DNA of 64,000 nt from a virus, in IMG/VR virus record IMGVR_UViG_3300006923_000018, positions 1-64,000 of that record, one strand, 5' to 3'. Positions 1-9,101 of the stretch are shown one piece after another. Under the pieces are notes generated by a model. The model was not told where the DNA came from. It was given only the letters and a program-made list of their open reading frames with translations, and searched no databases. Position 1 is the first letter of the stretch; every line of letters starts with the position of its first letter. Position numbers and translations under genes: made by a program.

Positions 1-1
1 G

Positions 2-637
2 TGGGAAAATCTGATAACTTCGATAAAAGATTGCGAGATTGCTGCTCGTATCCGCACTTCGAAGGGTCGCACCGTGGTTTCTCAGCTAGTTGCCATGGAA
101 CAGTTTATCGGGGATGCGCGATCCGGTATACTAGAAAATGAATACGGTAGCTTTTTGTCTAACCCGTTCACTGGTGAGGAGACATTCACGTTCACAATTG
201 CACAATACGAGTCATATTGTGCAATCACTGAGTTTGATCTAGAACAATCTGACGGTAGCTACAAGCCACACCGAATGACAACAGCAGGAGCGGCCATCTA
301 TAATGCCTGCATAAAGGCTACACTCTCCTCAGAGGAATCGGTACGTACTGCCAAAGCTTGGGTTCAAGCTCACCCCGTATTGCCTCCAGGGTGTATTCAT
401 ACGGCCAATACATACTCAGGCGGTGGATGGAATTCCAAGAAGCAGCAATATTCGGGCAACGGTCCAGCGATCGCAATATTCAAAGCGGGACTGATAGCAA
501 AGTGCGTAGCACGTGAAGCTACAAAAGCTGAGCAAACACTTGCTAATAACACTTGCCGCATGACTTCCAAGGCTTGGAATTCAAATCCTCAGACTATCGT
601 AAAAATTACACTAACAACCCGTCCAAAGGATAGTTAG
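2..637 (+). CDS. hypothetical protein, 5'-truncated by the window
   Basis: The frame of ORF 74..637 is open back to position 2. A strong hairpin follows the stop. Confidence 0.7.
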   Translation, partial: WENLITSIKDCEIAARIRTSKGRTVVSQLVAMEQFIGDARSGILENEYGSFLSNPFTGEETFTFTIAQYESYCAITEFDLEQSDGSYKPHRMTTAGAAIYNACIKATLSSEESVRTAKAWVQAHPVLPPGCIHTANTYSGGGWNSKKQQYSGNGPAIAIFKAGLIAKCVAREATKAEQTLANNTCRMTSKAWNSNPQTIVKITLTTRPKDS

Positions 638-644
638 ACGCACC

Positions 645-696
645 GATCAAGCCCGATCGGTCCTATGATCGATCGGGCTTGATCTGATCTGTTTTA
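645..696 (+). terminator. hairpin / probable intrinsic terminator or processing site
   Basis: Perfect 15-bp inverted repeat GATCAAGCCCGATCG (645-659) / CGATCGGGCTTGATC (670-684), then TGATCTGTTTT. Confidence 0.6.
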
Positions 697-707
697 TTGC
701 AACTATT

Positions 708-973
708 CAACAACAACAAACCAGGAAAAATCAAAATGAACCCGATAATTGAAATCATCTATATGTGTTTAGTTAGCTACGGATTAGCCGGAGGGGCGCT
801 GTCTATCCCTCTTATGATTATTGGTGATATGCTACCGAATGATAGTCGTGTAGCTGCGGCCATTTGGATGTTTAACCTGAGCACTCTGAGTGCATTGTGT
901 GCTCTGGTGCCAGTTCTATTTATCGGTCTCGCGATATCCTAAACAACAACAACAACAAACCAGGAAAAATCAA
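708..973 (+). repeat. 27-bp direct repeat forming identical gene leaders
   Basis: CAACAACAACAAACCAGGAAAAATCAA at 708-734 and 947-973, each directly before an ATG. Confidence 0.9.
736..942 (+). CDS. small two-TM membrane protein
   Basis: ATG at 736 after CAACAACAACAAACCAGGAAAAATCAA; two hydrophobic segments. Confidence 0.65.
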   Translation: MNPIIEIIYMCLVSYGLAGGALSIPLMIIGDMLPNDSRVAAAIWMFNLSTLSALCALVPVLFIGLAIS

Positions 974-1302
974 TGTTACCATTCCATAATACTAGGTCTG
1001 ATACATGGCAAAACGACGCGAATACCCAGCGTTTGCTTCGTATTCTATTAGAGAATTCTCCGCGTATGGTGGGGCTGTTTGAGGTAAATGAGAACGGGTT
1101 CATCGACGATAGCGGAGCTTTCTATATCGGGCAGCTAATGCCCCTTCATGCTAGTGAGGAGCTTTCCCATATTCGTAACAGGCGTATAGATCTCGGAGCA
1201 ATCGGAGGTGATCGTTACGTGTTCATGTTGGTCGAAATTAATCAACTTGAGCGCCTTCCCAGATCCATTTTGATCCAACAACAACATAAGGGGCAATCAT
1301 GA
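973..1302 (+). CDS. hypothetical protein
   Basis: 109-aa ORF with AGGA SD and CAA leader. Confidence 0.7.
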   Translation: MLPFHNTRSDTWQNDANTQRLLRILLENSPRMVGLFEVNENGFIDDSGAFYIGQLMPLHASEELSHIRNRRIDLGAIGGDRYVFMLVEINQLERLPRSILIQQQHKGQS

Positions 1303-1766
1303 CATATATCCCACCGTTTCATGAGCCGGTAGCCGAGGAGCAATCCTATTTTCTACACTTGCGCGTGGTTAAGGCGATTGAAATGTTTCCTGCCTTAAGT
1401 ATGGCGATCAAGTCGCACGATCGAGATCAAGTTCATAAATTGATCCGATCGATCCGTTCAGAGCTATTGGAACTCCTGAACGGATCGATCGGTCTACAAG
1501 TCGGTGAGATCTCCTGCATGCGATATTTCAGCGCTGCCGCTGAACCCTTGACGCAAGTAATTGACGGGAGATGTCTTATTATGCGCAGGCGTTTTCCTGT
1601 GTTGCTGTTTGATCGGTACGTTGCCAAGTCGCGATCAATTGTGGAGAGACTAAGGCGAGATTTGGAAACGATAGGACTATCCGAGCACGATCTAGGACTT
1701 ATGGTAAACGGACACAAACAATGCGAGTACGACATCGATCGCTATCCCGACTATAACCGACTCTAG
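1299..1766 (+). CDS. hypothetical protein
   Basis: 155-aa ORF, ATGA overlap with upstream gene, CAA-rich leader and AAGGGG SD. Confidence 0.7.
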   Translation: MTYIPPFHEPVAEEQSYFLHLRVVKAIEMFPALSMAIKSHDRDQVHKLIRSIRSELLELLNGSIGLQVGEISCMRYFSAAAEPLTQVIDGRCLIMRRRFPVLLFDRYVAKSRSIVERLRRDLETIGLSEHDLGLMVNGHKQCEYDIDRYPDYNRL

Positions 1767-1786
1767 ACCAGCCCAACAACGCACCT

Positions 1787-1820
1787 AAACCCGTTAGACT
1801 AACCTCTAGCGGGTTTTTTT
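1787..1820 (+). terminator. intrinsic terminator ending the early cluster
   Basis: AAACCCGTTAGA-CTAACC-TCTAGCGGGTTT stem followed by a T-run. Confidence 0.85.
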
Positions 1821-2037
1821 ATGTTTGGGCCTATTTGTAACTGCTCAGACTGGTGTATGTGAACCGGTTAGACGATTTAACCCGCTTCATGTTATTCGGA
1901 TTCAGAACAGATCGCTGACAGGTGCCTTTATTGACCAGCAAAGCGCGATCCTGTGGTACTGCTCAGGTGCGATCTGCTCAGCTTGTGTCGATCGGTCTCA
2001 GCGATCGTTTGCTCTATAGCTAACTAGGTCACCTAGT

Positions 2038-2109
2038 GAAACGCGTTCTAGTTTCTCCGGAGAAACGTGTTCTAGCTCAGATCAAATTCACCGGAGAAAC
2101 TTGTTCTAG
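2038..2109. repeat. three GAAACnnGTTCTAG direct repeats
   Basis: Copies at 2038, 2062 and 2096; palindrome TTCTCCGGAGAA at 2053-2064. Confidence 0.8.
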
Positions 2110-2820
2110 TTTGTCGGATTCTTGATCTGATCTGAGCCATGGTTTCAGATCAAATTCTCGACACCTACTCAGACGATTTACATAGCTATCTCAGAGGTCA
2201 ATGATCATGAGATACACCCCGATCCAATGGTGATCTGGTTTGCAGAATTGAATAATCAAATACAGTTAGCCTATCCTGGAGTATGTAACTCACTAATTGG
2301 CTGGTGTCGTGAGGGATTGTGATGGATGTGAGGTACTACCGGCCTCCCTGATAAGGTAGTTAGAAAGTAAGTTTTCGAGCAGTTGCATAGTAATCTGTCT
2401 GTACACCTGTCTAAGCAACACTGATTTATCAAGCTTCTAACGTGGCTATCAAATTCGCATTCGACACAGATCTAATAGTGGAGGATCTAACTGGACAATT
2501 GGATGATCAGAGATCGTGCCAAGCTATAATCTAAACTGGTCATATCAAAACTATCGGCTTAGGAACTCGATGATCCAAGGTTGCAGAGTCGGACTATCAA
2601 GCATGACTGATCAAGTCGCTGATAGTGGAGTATCAAAGCGGACAACTGAACTATCAAGCTTGTAAGCGAACTAATCAATGCTTCGGACGATAATCGGGTT
2701 TTCACCTATGTAATCTAATGCCCCACTTCTCATTATATCCCCCGCCGGTAATCAAGGTTCAAAGCCCGTTTTAATCGATTGTGGCCTACATCCGACAATT
2801 TTTTCATCAAATTTTTCAAC

Positions 2821-3011
2821 TATGCAAATCTGAATTTTTTTTCTATGCAAAATTTCAGGGTCATCACTCACTAATCCAGTTTCTAAGCCTAAAGGTTTGT
2901 ACTGTATCGGATGATTTGCATCTATGCAAGTTGCAGAGTTATCTATGCAAAGTGGTAGTTTAAGTATGCAAAATCAAAAGTTTAAGTATGCAAACGTATT
3001 TTGCTATGCAA
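2821..3011. repeat. seven TATGCAA iteron-like repeats
   Basis: TATGCAA at 2821, 2844, 2923, 2944, 2965, 2987 and 3005, mostly 21-23 bp apart, followed by an AT-rich tract. Confidence 0.85.
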
Positions 3012-3667
3012 TTGACTGTATCTCATGTTTTTGTTTTGAAAAGTTCTTTTTGGCTCGGTGTTTTTTGTTAAAACCGTAAGAACTGGGCTAATTTTGATTA
3101 ATAATTCGGTTTTATAGCCTAAAGACGTCAATTACTTAAAGTAATTTCTAGATCGTCTCCATAATCGGGGTTTAAAGGGGATAATTTTTTACACCTTATA
3201 TATTATATATATACTACTACGTAGTAGTAGTATTAGGCTAGCTGCGCTAGCCTTATACAAACTGATCGTTTGTCTTGTTTGGCAACAAGTTATTTCTGCC
3301 CCTGATGGGGCTATTCGCCTAACATGCCTGTCATTTGTCGCTTCGCTCCAAACGGTTATCAATCCGCTGGGTTGATAACGGCGTTTTTCTTTCCCTTCGG
3401 GGGGCAGAGCCAAGCGAAGTTATTTAATAATACAATAATTATACTATTAGCTTTTTTGGCTTTTGCTTGTGGGTGTGTCGTCAGTTTTGGTATGTTATAG
3501 TCTTGAGCTACTGGGGGATTTACTGGATGAGTTTAGGTGGTCATACGGGGAATACGTATGTTGGGTCATCTGGTGACTGTGTGTATTTTCATTAGTGTTT
3601 GTGTGGGATGTTATTTAGCGGTTGAGTGTGTTCTTCGGATTCTCTACTGGTCATTATTTGGGGGTAA

Positions 3668-4606
3668 TTGGTACAGATGAGTCGTCTAGAGACATCATTA
3701 GGGATGGATGAGTCTGTTGAGACGATTCATCGACCTGGTTGGTTATGCAATCGTTTGGTTCAGGGTGATTGTTTACGCGAGTTGCGTCGAGTGCCGGACA
3801 ATTCTATCCAATTGGTGCTTTGTGATTTGCCTTATGGCACAACAGCTAACGATTGGGATTCTGTAATCTCGTTGCCTATTTTATGGACTCATTACCGTCG
3901 TATTTTGAAGCCTGGGGGTGTAGTTGCGTTAACGGGTCAGGGTCCATTTACGGCCAGGTTAATTTTGAGTAATGAGTCGTGGTTCAAGTATAAAATGGTG
4001 TGGGTAAAGTCGAAGGCTACGAATTTTTTAAATGCGAAGCGTCAGCCGTTGCGCAAGCATGAGGACGTGGTAATTTTTTATGGTTCACGTCCTGTGTACA
4101 ATGTATTGAAGCAGCCGGGAGATCCGTATGACAAGGGTATTCGCAAGAATCAGCTAACTGGTTCTTATGGTGAGTTTAATCCGAGTCATTGTCGTTCTGA
4201 CGGTGGTCGTTATCCGACAGACGTGGTTTATTTTAAGTCATCGGAGTCTGAGGGAACGGTTTACCATCCGACTCAGAAGCCAGTGCAGTTGGGTCGTTAT
4301 TTGGTACGTATGTTTTCTAATCCAGGAGACGTGGTGTTAGACAACTCGTTTGGTTCTGGTTCTTTTCTAGTTTCTGCTTTACTTGAAGGTCGTAATTTTT
4401 ACGGGATTGAATTAAATGATGAGTCGTTTCAATTTTGTTCAAAGCGGACAAGTTGGTTTGACATAGCGCGGAAACGCTTAAAAGAGGCGTGGAAAAGCTT
4501 AGATAGTGTCCATCGGGGTTGGATTACGCGAGTTGGTGAACTACGAGGCCCTGTAGCGCCCGTTAAGGCCCCTACAGCGAGCCCGGCTCCTGAACCTAGC
4601 CCTTGA
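3668..4606 (+). CDS. DNA amino-methyltransferase, beta class (N6-A/N4-C)
   Basis: Catalytic DLPY motif precedes HPTQKP and DNSFGSGS (SAM-binding motif I), the beta-class order. Confidence 0.9.
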   Translation: MVQMSRLETSLGMDESVETIHRPGWLCNRLVQGDCLRELRRVPDNSIQLVLCDLPYGTTANDWDSVISLPILWTHYRRILKPGGVVALTGQGPFTARLILSNESWFKYKMVWVKSKATNFLNAKRQPLRKHEDVVIFYGSRPVYNVLKQPGDPYDKGIRKNQLTGSYGEFNPSHCRSDGGRYPTDVVYFKSSESEGTVYHPTQKPVQLGRYLVRMFSNPGDVVLDNSFGSGSFLVSALLEGRNFYGIELNDESFQFCSKRTSWFDIARKRLKEAWKSLDSVHRGWITRVGELRGPVAPVKAPTASPAPEPSP

Positions 4607-5012
4607 CACCTTTATTCGATTTAAACGTCCTCTAGGGGTGTGCTACAGCACGCTTTTCGTGTCATCTTCTTAATGCGGCGTATGTTGCGACGAGGATGAG
4701 TAGGATAGGCAGAATGAGTTGTAGGTCTAGTGGGTTTATGAGTTCGAGGTATTGTTGAGCAGAGTACTGAGGATATTTTTGGTACATTTCACTATGTAGT
4801 TTTTGGTAGGGTGTAGGAGTTGCAGTGTGTAGAGTATTTTGTTTTCGTTAGTATTTACAATTTCGAATGTTGGTAATTTTTGAGAGTGGTCTGGGATGAG
4901 TAGGAAGTGGCAGCCGATGAAGTGGAGGGGTATGGTTGAGTACTTAGTATTGGTGGGTGCGTTTTTCATATGTATGGTACTGTGTTTAATCTTAATACAC
5001 GGAATTAGTTAG

Positions 5013-5246
5013 ATGGAATTAGATGTAAAAGATCCTAAGACGATATTATTAGGAGCGATGGCGTTAGCTGCTGTGAGTGCTGGCGGCAGTTTATTGGGTT
5101 TAACGATAGAGCCTCAGAGTGTAACTGATCTTCGAGTTGAGAAGGGTCATTTGGAGGGTCGTTTATTGTTATTAGAGGGTATAGTGGAGGATTGCGAGTC
5201 TATTTTATCTGAGGCCCGGTCACGTCATTTAAGTAAGGAGGAGTGA
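5013..5246 (+). CDS. small TM + coiled-coil protein
   Basis: N-terminal hydrophobic helix and heptad-like C-terminus; extended -10 upstream at 4975-4983. Confidence 0.6.
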   Translation: MELDVKDPKTILLGAMALAAVSAGGSLLGLTIEPQSVTDLRVEKGHLEGRLLLLEGIVEDCESILSEARSRHLSKEE

Positions 5247-5521
5247 TGTTTCGTTTTGGTTATAAGATAGGTATTTTGCTAATTGTATTGTTAGTGGCGG
5301 GTATTTTCTATTTATCCTTAGCTTCTGGTCAGGAGTTATCTGCTGTTGATCTTGTGGTGTTAGATCCTGAGTTAGAGTCATGTCGAGCAGCTTTAGAGGA
5401 GTGTAGGAATCCGAAGTTAGACGACGGTGGATATTTGGAGGAGTTAGACGCGTTACAGCAGCGGATACAGACGATGCAGTCAGTGCCTGTTGAGCCGGTG
5501 TTGGAGTCTAAGTCTGAGTAG
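5243..5521 (+). CDS. N-terminally anchored coiled-coil protein
   Basis: AAGGAGG SD; hydrophobic N-terminus; acidic coiled-coil region. Confidence 0.6.
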   Translation: MMFRFGYKIGILLIVLLVAGIFYLSLASGQELSAVDLVVLDPELESCRAALEECRNPKLDDGGYLEELDALQQRIQTMQSVPVEPVLESKSE

Positions 5522-5532
5522 TTATTGGGGGA

Positions 5533-5826
5533 GTGATGTCTGAGGCAGAGAAAGACTTATACATGCGAATTGGCAAGTTAGAGGATGGTATTTCGGACAT
5601 TAAGGTTGAGGGTGCTCGGACCTACAAAGATCTGATTAACCATCACGAGATGGACAAGATCAACTCTGCTTATGTGAAGGTGGCTTTGGAGGAGCTTAAG
5701 GAGGCGACTAGAGACCCGTTAGCGGACAAGGGTATGTTTGGTCGTTGGTTAGCTGATGTATTGACCCCTCAGACGATCGCCATTATTTTAGCTATTTTGG
5801 GTGCTGTAGTGGGTGCGAAGTTGTGA
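5533..5826 (+). CDS. coiled-coil + C-terminal TM protein (holin-like architecture)
   Basis: RIGKLEDGISDIKVE heptads; C-terminal IAIILAILGAVVG. Confidence 0.55.
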   Translation: MMSEAEKDLYMRIGKLEDGISDIKVEGARTYKDLINHHEMDKINSAYVKVALEELKEATRDPLADKGMFGRWLADVLTPQTIAIILAILGAVVGAKL

Positions 5827-5890
5827 GTGGCCCCGCGCACCGCATTCGAGGTCGGTCGAACAGTTGAGGCCGATGGCGGGGTCAAGATCT

Positions 5891-6130
5891 TTATATCACA
5901 GGTGTTGAGAATAGAGTATCGAGTGTTTCTGTCTTGTTGGTTCTCCTGTTGAAGCTCTTGACGGCTTTTTTTTGTGTTGCGCAATAGTGCCCGCTAAGCG
6001 TTCCGCCTGGTCCTGGGACTAATTGCCACCAGGTGACGTATTCGTCGAGGCGTTTTGCCAGCACTATGAATCCTGTCCCTGATTTGCATGGGGCACGCTT
6101 TATCAGTTGTGCGCCATTTTCCAATCGCAT
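5891..6130 (-). CDS. phage hypothetical protein
   Basis: AGGAG SD; EYVTW...GHY pattern seen in small phage proteins. Confidence 0.6.
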   Translation of the reverse strand: MRLENGAQLIKRAPCKSGTGFIVLAKRLDEYVTWWQLVPGPGGTLSGHYCATQKKAVKSFNRRTNKTETLDTLFSTPVI

Positions 6131-6143
6131 GATTTCTCCTAGT

Positions 6144-6767
6144 TTAGTAGTATGAGCAGACGAGTTCTTTGATCATTTCGTCTATTTCGGTGTCTTTTCT
6201 ATGGAATTTAAGTATGTTGAGCATTTTCTCATTGGTGCCGATGTCTCGGCTAAACCCTGTGGGGCTATTCTTATCTTGAACGAATAGTTGTTTAGGGAAG
6301 GCATGAGCGGCGACCCACATATCTCCAGCGAGTTCATAGATTTGTTGAAGAGTTTTCATATCTGTGTTTTTGGAGATTAGGTTAGGTTCATGGAACATGA
6401 GGTTAAGTGCGTGTTTAGCTTGTAGTGTATTGGGTCCGTCTGGTGAGTCTCCGAAGAGGAAACCGTGAATGAAGTAGAGTATGTCTATTTCTTGGAATAG
6501 TGCTGTGTTTGGTTTATGTGCATATCCAGAGAAGCCGAATACGAATGCGTTGCAGTCGGGCCTTTGTTTATGAAGTTGTTGGAAGAGTTCATTTCCTGCT
6601 GATTGTCCGCCTTGGCTGTCTTCGTAACCAATTTCGAGTAGCAGCATAGCTGGTTGTGAAATTTCATCTTTACTGTTGAGGTCGAACAGTTTTACGTGTT
6701 TGTTGTTTTTGACAAGTTCGAGCATGGCTTGTTCTTGCTGATTGGGGTCTGGGTCGATGTTTCCCAT
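6144..6767 (-). CDS. hypothetical protein
   Basis: 207-aa ORF in a tightly packed minus-strand block; GGAGG SD. Confidence 0.7.
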   Translation of the reverse strand: MGNIDPDPNQQEQAMLELVKNNKHVKLFDLNSKDEISQPAMLLLEIGYEDSQGGQSAGNELFQQLHKQRPDCNAFVFGFSGYAHKPNTALFQEIDILYFIHGFLFGDSPDGPNTLQAKHALNLMFHEPNLISKNTDMKTLQQIYELAGDMWVAAHAFPKQLFVQDKNSPTGFSRDIGTNEKMLNILKFHRKDTEIDEMIKELVCSYY

Positions 6768-7042
6768 TATTCCTCCGTTTCCAGTGGTATGGTTTCTAAG
6801 TGTAGTGCAATTGGGTTAAGGTCTTTTCCGTCGTTAATTATTTCGAAGACTTTAAGAATATAGGTAGCTTGGGCGTTCAGGAGGTCATCGACTTGGAATT
6901 TCTTTTCTCTATAGAGTTTGAGTTCTGTTTTGGCTGCTTCGGTGGCTTTTTCGATTGTTTCTGCTGCTGCCCAGGTTCTGCTAATTCCGGTAGAGTCTGA
7001 GCAGGTGGCGAGGAATCGTTGTCTAGTCGTTGTTTGTGTCAT
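6767..7042 (-). CDS. hypothetical protein
   Basis: Coupled to the next gene by a 1-nt overlap. Confidence 0.6.
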   Translation of the reverse strand: MTQTTTRQRFLATCSDSTGISRTWAAAETIEKATEAAKTELKLYREKKFQVDDLLNAQATYILKVFEIINDGKDLNPIALHLETIPLETEE

Positions 7043-7319
7043 CTTGTTTTCCTTGGCTTAGTTCTTCTGTGTTTATGAAGAAGATTTTTCCCATAGGGAA
7101 GATGTTATCGAGAAGAAAGATCATGTCTCTGATGTTTGATTTTTCTTTACGGTGTTCTGGCACTTGTGAGAGTTGTTTAATAGCGACGGCGAGTGCTTGT
7201 CCGACGATGTATTGTCCTCTGACGGTATTGAGGAAGTGTGTTGCTGTTTTGTAGATTTCTGGGTCTGGGTGGTCATTGAGTGCATTTAGTGTTTGTGTAG
7301 TTTGTTCATCCGTTTTCAT
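7023..7319 (-). CDS. hypothetical protein
   Basis: Likely start at ATG 7319 (AAAGGGAAACAACATG) rather than 7415. Confidence 0.6.
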   Translation of the reverse strand: MKTDEQTTQTLNALNDHPDPEIYKTATHFLNTVRGQYIVGQALAVAIKQLSQVPEHRKEKSNIRDMIFLLDNIFPMGKIFFINTEELSQGKQDDTNND

Positions 7320-7524
7320 GTTGTTTCCCTTTAATGGCGATAGCTTTGTTGATGTTTTTGATTTTTTCAACAAGGTTGATTCTGGCGTTATCTCTCGCTT
7401 CTTTGCCTTGTTCACCGAATTGTTTATCGAGTAGTTCGAGTTGTTTAAGAAGTCTTGTGTTGTGTCTAAGGATGCTTGCTAGTCCTTCCCTTGTGAGGGT
7501 GTCAGCGAATTGTTGTGGTGTCAT
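7306..7524 (-). CDS. hypothetical coiled-coil protein
   Basis: 72 aa; AAAGGAA SD. Confidence 0.55.
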   Translation of the reverse strand: MTPQQFADTLTREGLASILRHNTRLLKQLELLDKQFGEQGKEARDNARINLVEKIKNINKAIAIKGKQHENG

Positions 7525-7627
7525 GTGTTCCTTTTTCTGAGTATAGTTTTGGTGGGATTTGTAGTTTTGGTTTTAGTAGTATCTGTATGTTTTTGGCGCC
7601 AGCCGTGTAGTTGTCCTCCGCATCCGA

Positions 7628-7885
7628 TCAGTCTTCCGTCTGTTCTGTTGTGGTCTGTGTGTTGTTCAGCCGCCGACGAACAGACAACTTAGTTACAAGG
7701 GCAGCAAGTGCAGTTGCGCCCACATAATGAAAGTCTCGCAGATCAACCGGAGCCCCAAGATCTGCCTCAAGCTTAACGAGCGCTTCGCCCAAGAGTGTTT
7801 CAAGCTCATTATTTAACTGTGAGGTAATTGGCGCCCATGCGTCATTATCTTCAAACAATCGTTTAGTCATTAGTATTGTTTCCAT
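7628..7885 (-). CDS. hypothetical protein
   Basis: 85-aa ORF within the minus-strand block. Confidence 0.55.
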   Translation of the reverse strand: METILMTKRLFEDNDAWAPITSQLNNELETLLGEALVKLEADLGAPVDLRDFHYVGATALAALVTKLSVRRRLNNTQTTTEQTED

Positions 7886-8066
7886 TTTTAAAGAGGGGTG
7901 TGTCTTTGAACCTGTTGAGTGGTCCTTTTGCGAGTTGGTTGATCTCTTCTTCCCATTTCCAGGGTTTTTCTAGGACATGGAGTATAAGTTCTATGCTTTC
8001 TCCTTTATTGGCAAGTATTCGAATGTAATTAAGTAATTTTCTTGAGATGTAATAATCGTCTTTCAT
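7863..8066 (-). CDS. hypothetical protein
   Basis: 67 aa; ATGA-type coupling to upstream gene. Confidence 0.55.
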   Translation of the reverse strand: MKDDYYISRKLLNYIRILANKGESIELILHVLEKPWKWEEEINQLAKGPLNRFKDTPLFKNGNNTND

Positions 8067-8536
8067 TTGGTTTCCTGTTTACTGAGGTTGTGTGGGATCA
8101 TTTGTAGTCGCCAGCCCATTCTGTTGAGGTTGGAGTCGCATGTCATCTTGGTGGCAATGCAGCCAATCTCGACGCCTTCTCCTTCTGGAAGTAGCAGCTT
8201 TTTAAATTCTTGGAATTCGTCCGGGTAGAAGAGTGGGAATTGCTTGTTACTGACATATGCGTGCGTGGAGTCGTTTTGGAGACATTCTAATACGCAGCGT
8301 GCAACCTCGACAACGGCGGCGTCTAGGGGCCGTAGGTCGCCAAAGCCAAAGGCTTCCGCGAGATGTGGGGGGTGCAGGTCAAAGCCTAGCTTGTAGCGCT
8401 GATTTGGCAGAGGGTCTGGGAAGTCGTTTTCTGTTTCCCAGTTATAGTATGGTGTTGTTTCTTCAGTGATTCTGCATTCGAGATCATATTTTTCTAAGAA
8501 TGCTAGGTATTGGTAGGCTATTTTTCTTAGATTCAT
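8063..8536 (-). CDS. hypothetical protein
   Basis: 157 aa; GGAGGTG SD; 4-nt overlaps on both sides. Confidence 0.7.
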   Translation of the reverse strand: MNLRKIAYQYLAFLEKYDLECRITEETTPYYNWETENDFPDPLPNQRYKLGFDLHPPHLAEAFGFGDLRPLDAAVVEVARCVLECLQNDSTHAYVSNKQFPLFYPDEFQEFKKLLLPEGEGVEIGCIATKMTCDSNLNRMGWRLQMIPHNLSKQETK

Positions 8537-8826
8537 CGTTCACCTCCGAGTAGGTGAAGAAGTGCTTGGTGGTGTTGATCTATCCAGTAGACCACGAGGA
8601 TACTGATAAGTAGTACAAGGTTTCCTTTTGAGTAGAGGAGCAGTTTGTACCAGGGGATTGTTTTCTGATTTTTTGTTGGTGTTTCTTTTCCCCAATATTT
8701 CCGTTCTCGATTAAGTATTCGAAATTGGTTATCTAAATAATTAGATATTTGTTTAATGAGGTTACGTTGTTTAGTTACTGAGATGTTTTGCGGCTTTGCC
8801 ACGTTTACTAGCTGTATATATTGCAT
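8533..8826 (-). CDS. hypothetical membrane protein
   Basis: C-terminal hydrophobic helix; leader CAAACCTGGAAATATCATG. Confidence 0.55.
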   Translation of the reverse strand: MQYIQLVNVAKPQNISVTKQRNLIKQISNYLDNQFRILNRERKYWGKETPTKNQKTIPWYKLLLYSKGNLVLLISILVVYWIDQHHQALLHLLGGER

Positions 8827-9101
8827 GATATTTCCAGGTTTGATTTTAAACAGCGTCGTTGCTGCTCACTCTCTAGGTGCAGAAGCGGCGTTCATCTGAC
8901 CGTGCTGGGGAAAGTTTTTAGGTATGCGCTTTGAACCTGGATTATTCGGCGCATTTTTAGAGGGGCGGTGGGGCTGGGAGTGATGCGGTCTCGTTGGCCC
9001 TTTGGTTAGGTTAGTGTACTGTATGTTTATAGGGGGTGTATTTGTTAGTATCGGAGTGGCATTGGCGGCTAATCTGGCGTCCGCGCTTTGGTCGTTGGAG
9101 T

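Noticed and set aside
2038-2109. Repeats as Gram-positive LexA boxes
   Set aside because: Spacing does not fit GAAC-N4-GTTC; kept only as an unassigned operator-like repeat.
1825-3413. Short ORFs 1825..2019, 2781..2963 and 3189..3413
   Set aside because: No convincing SD or protein-like features; they overlap repeats and palindromes and are probably non-coding.
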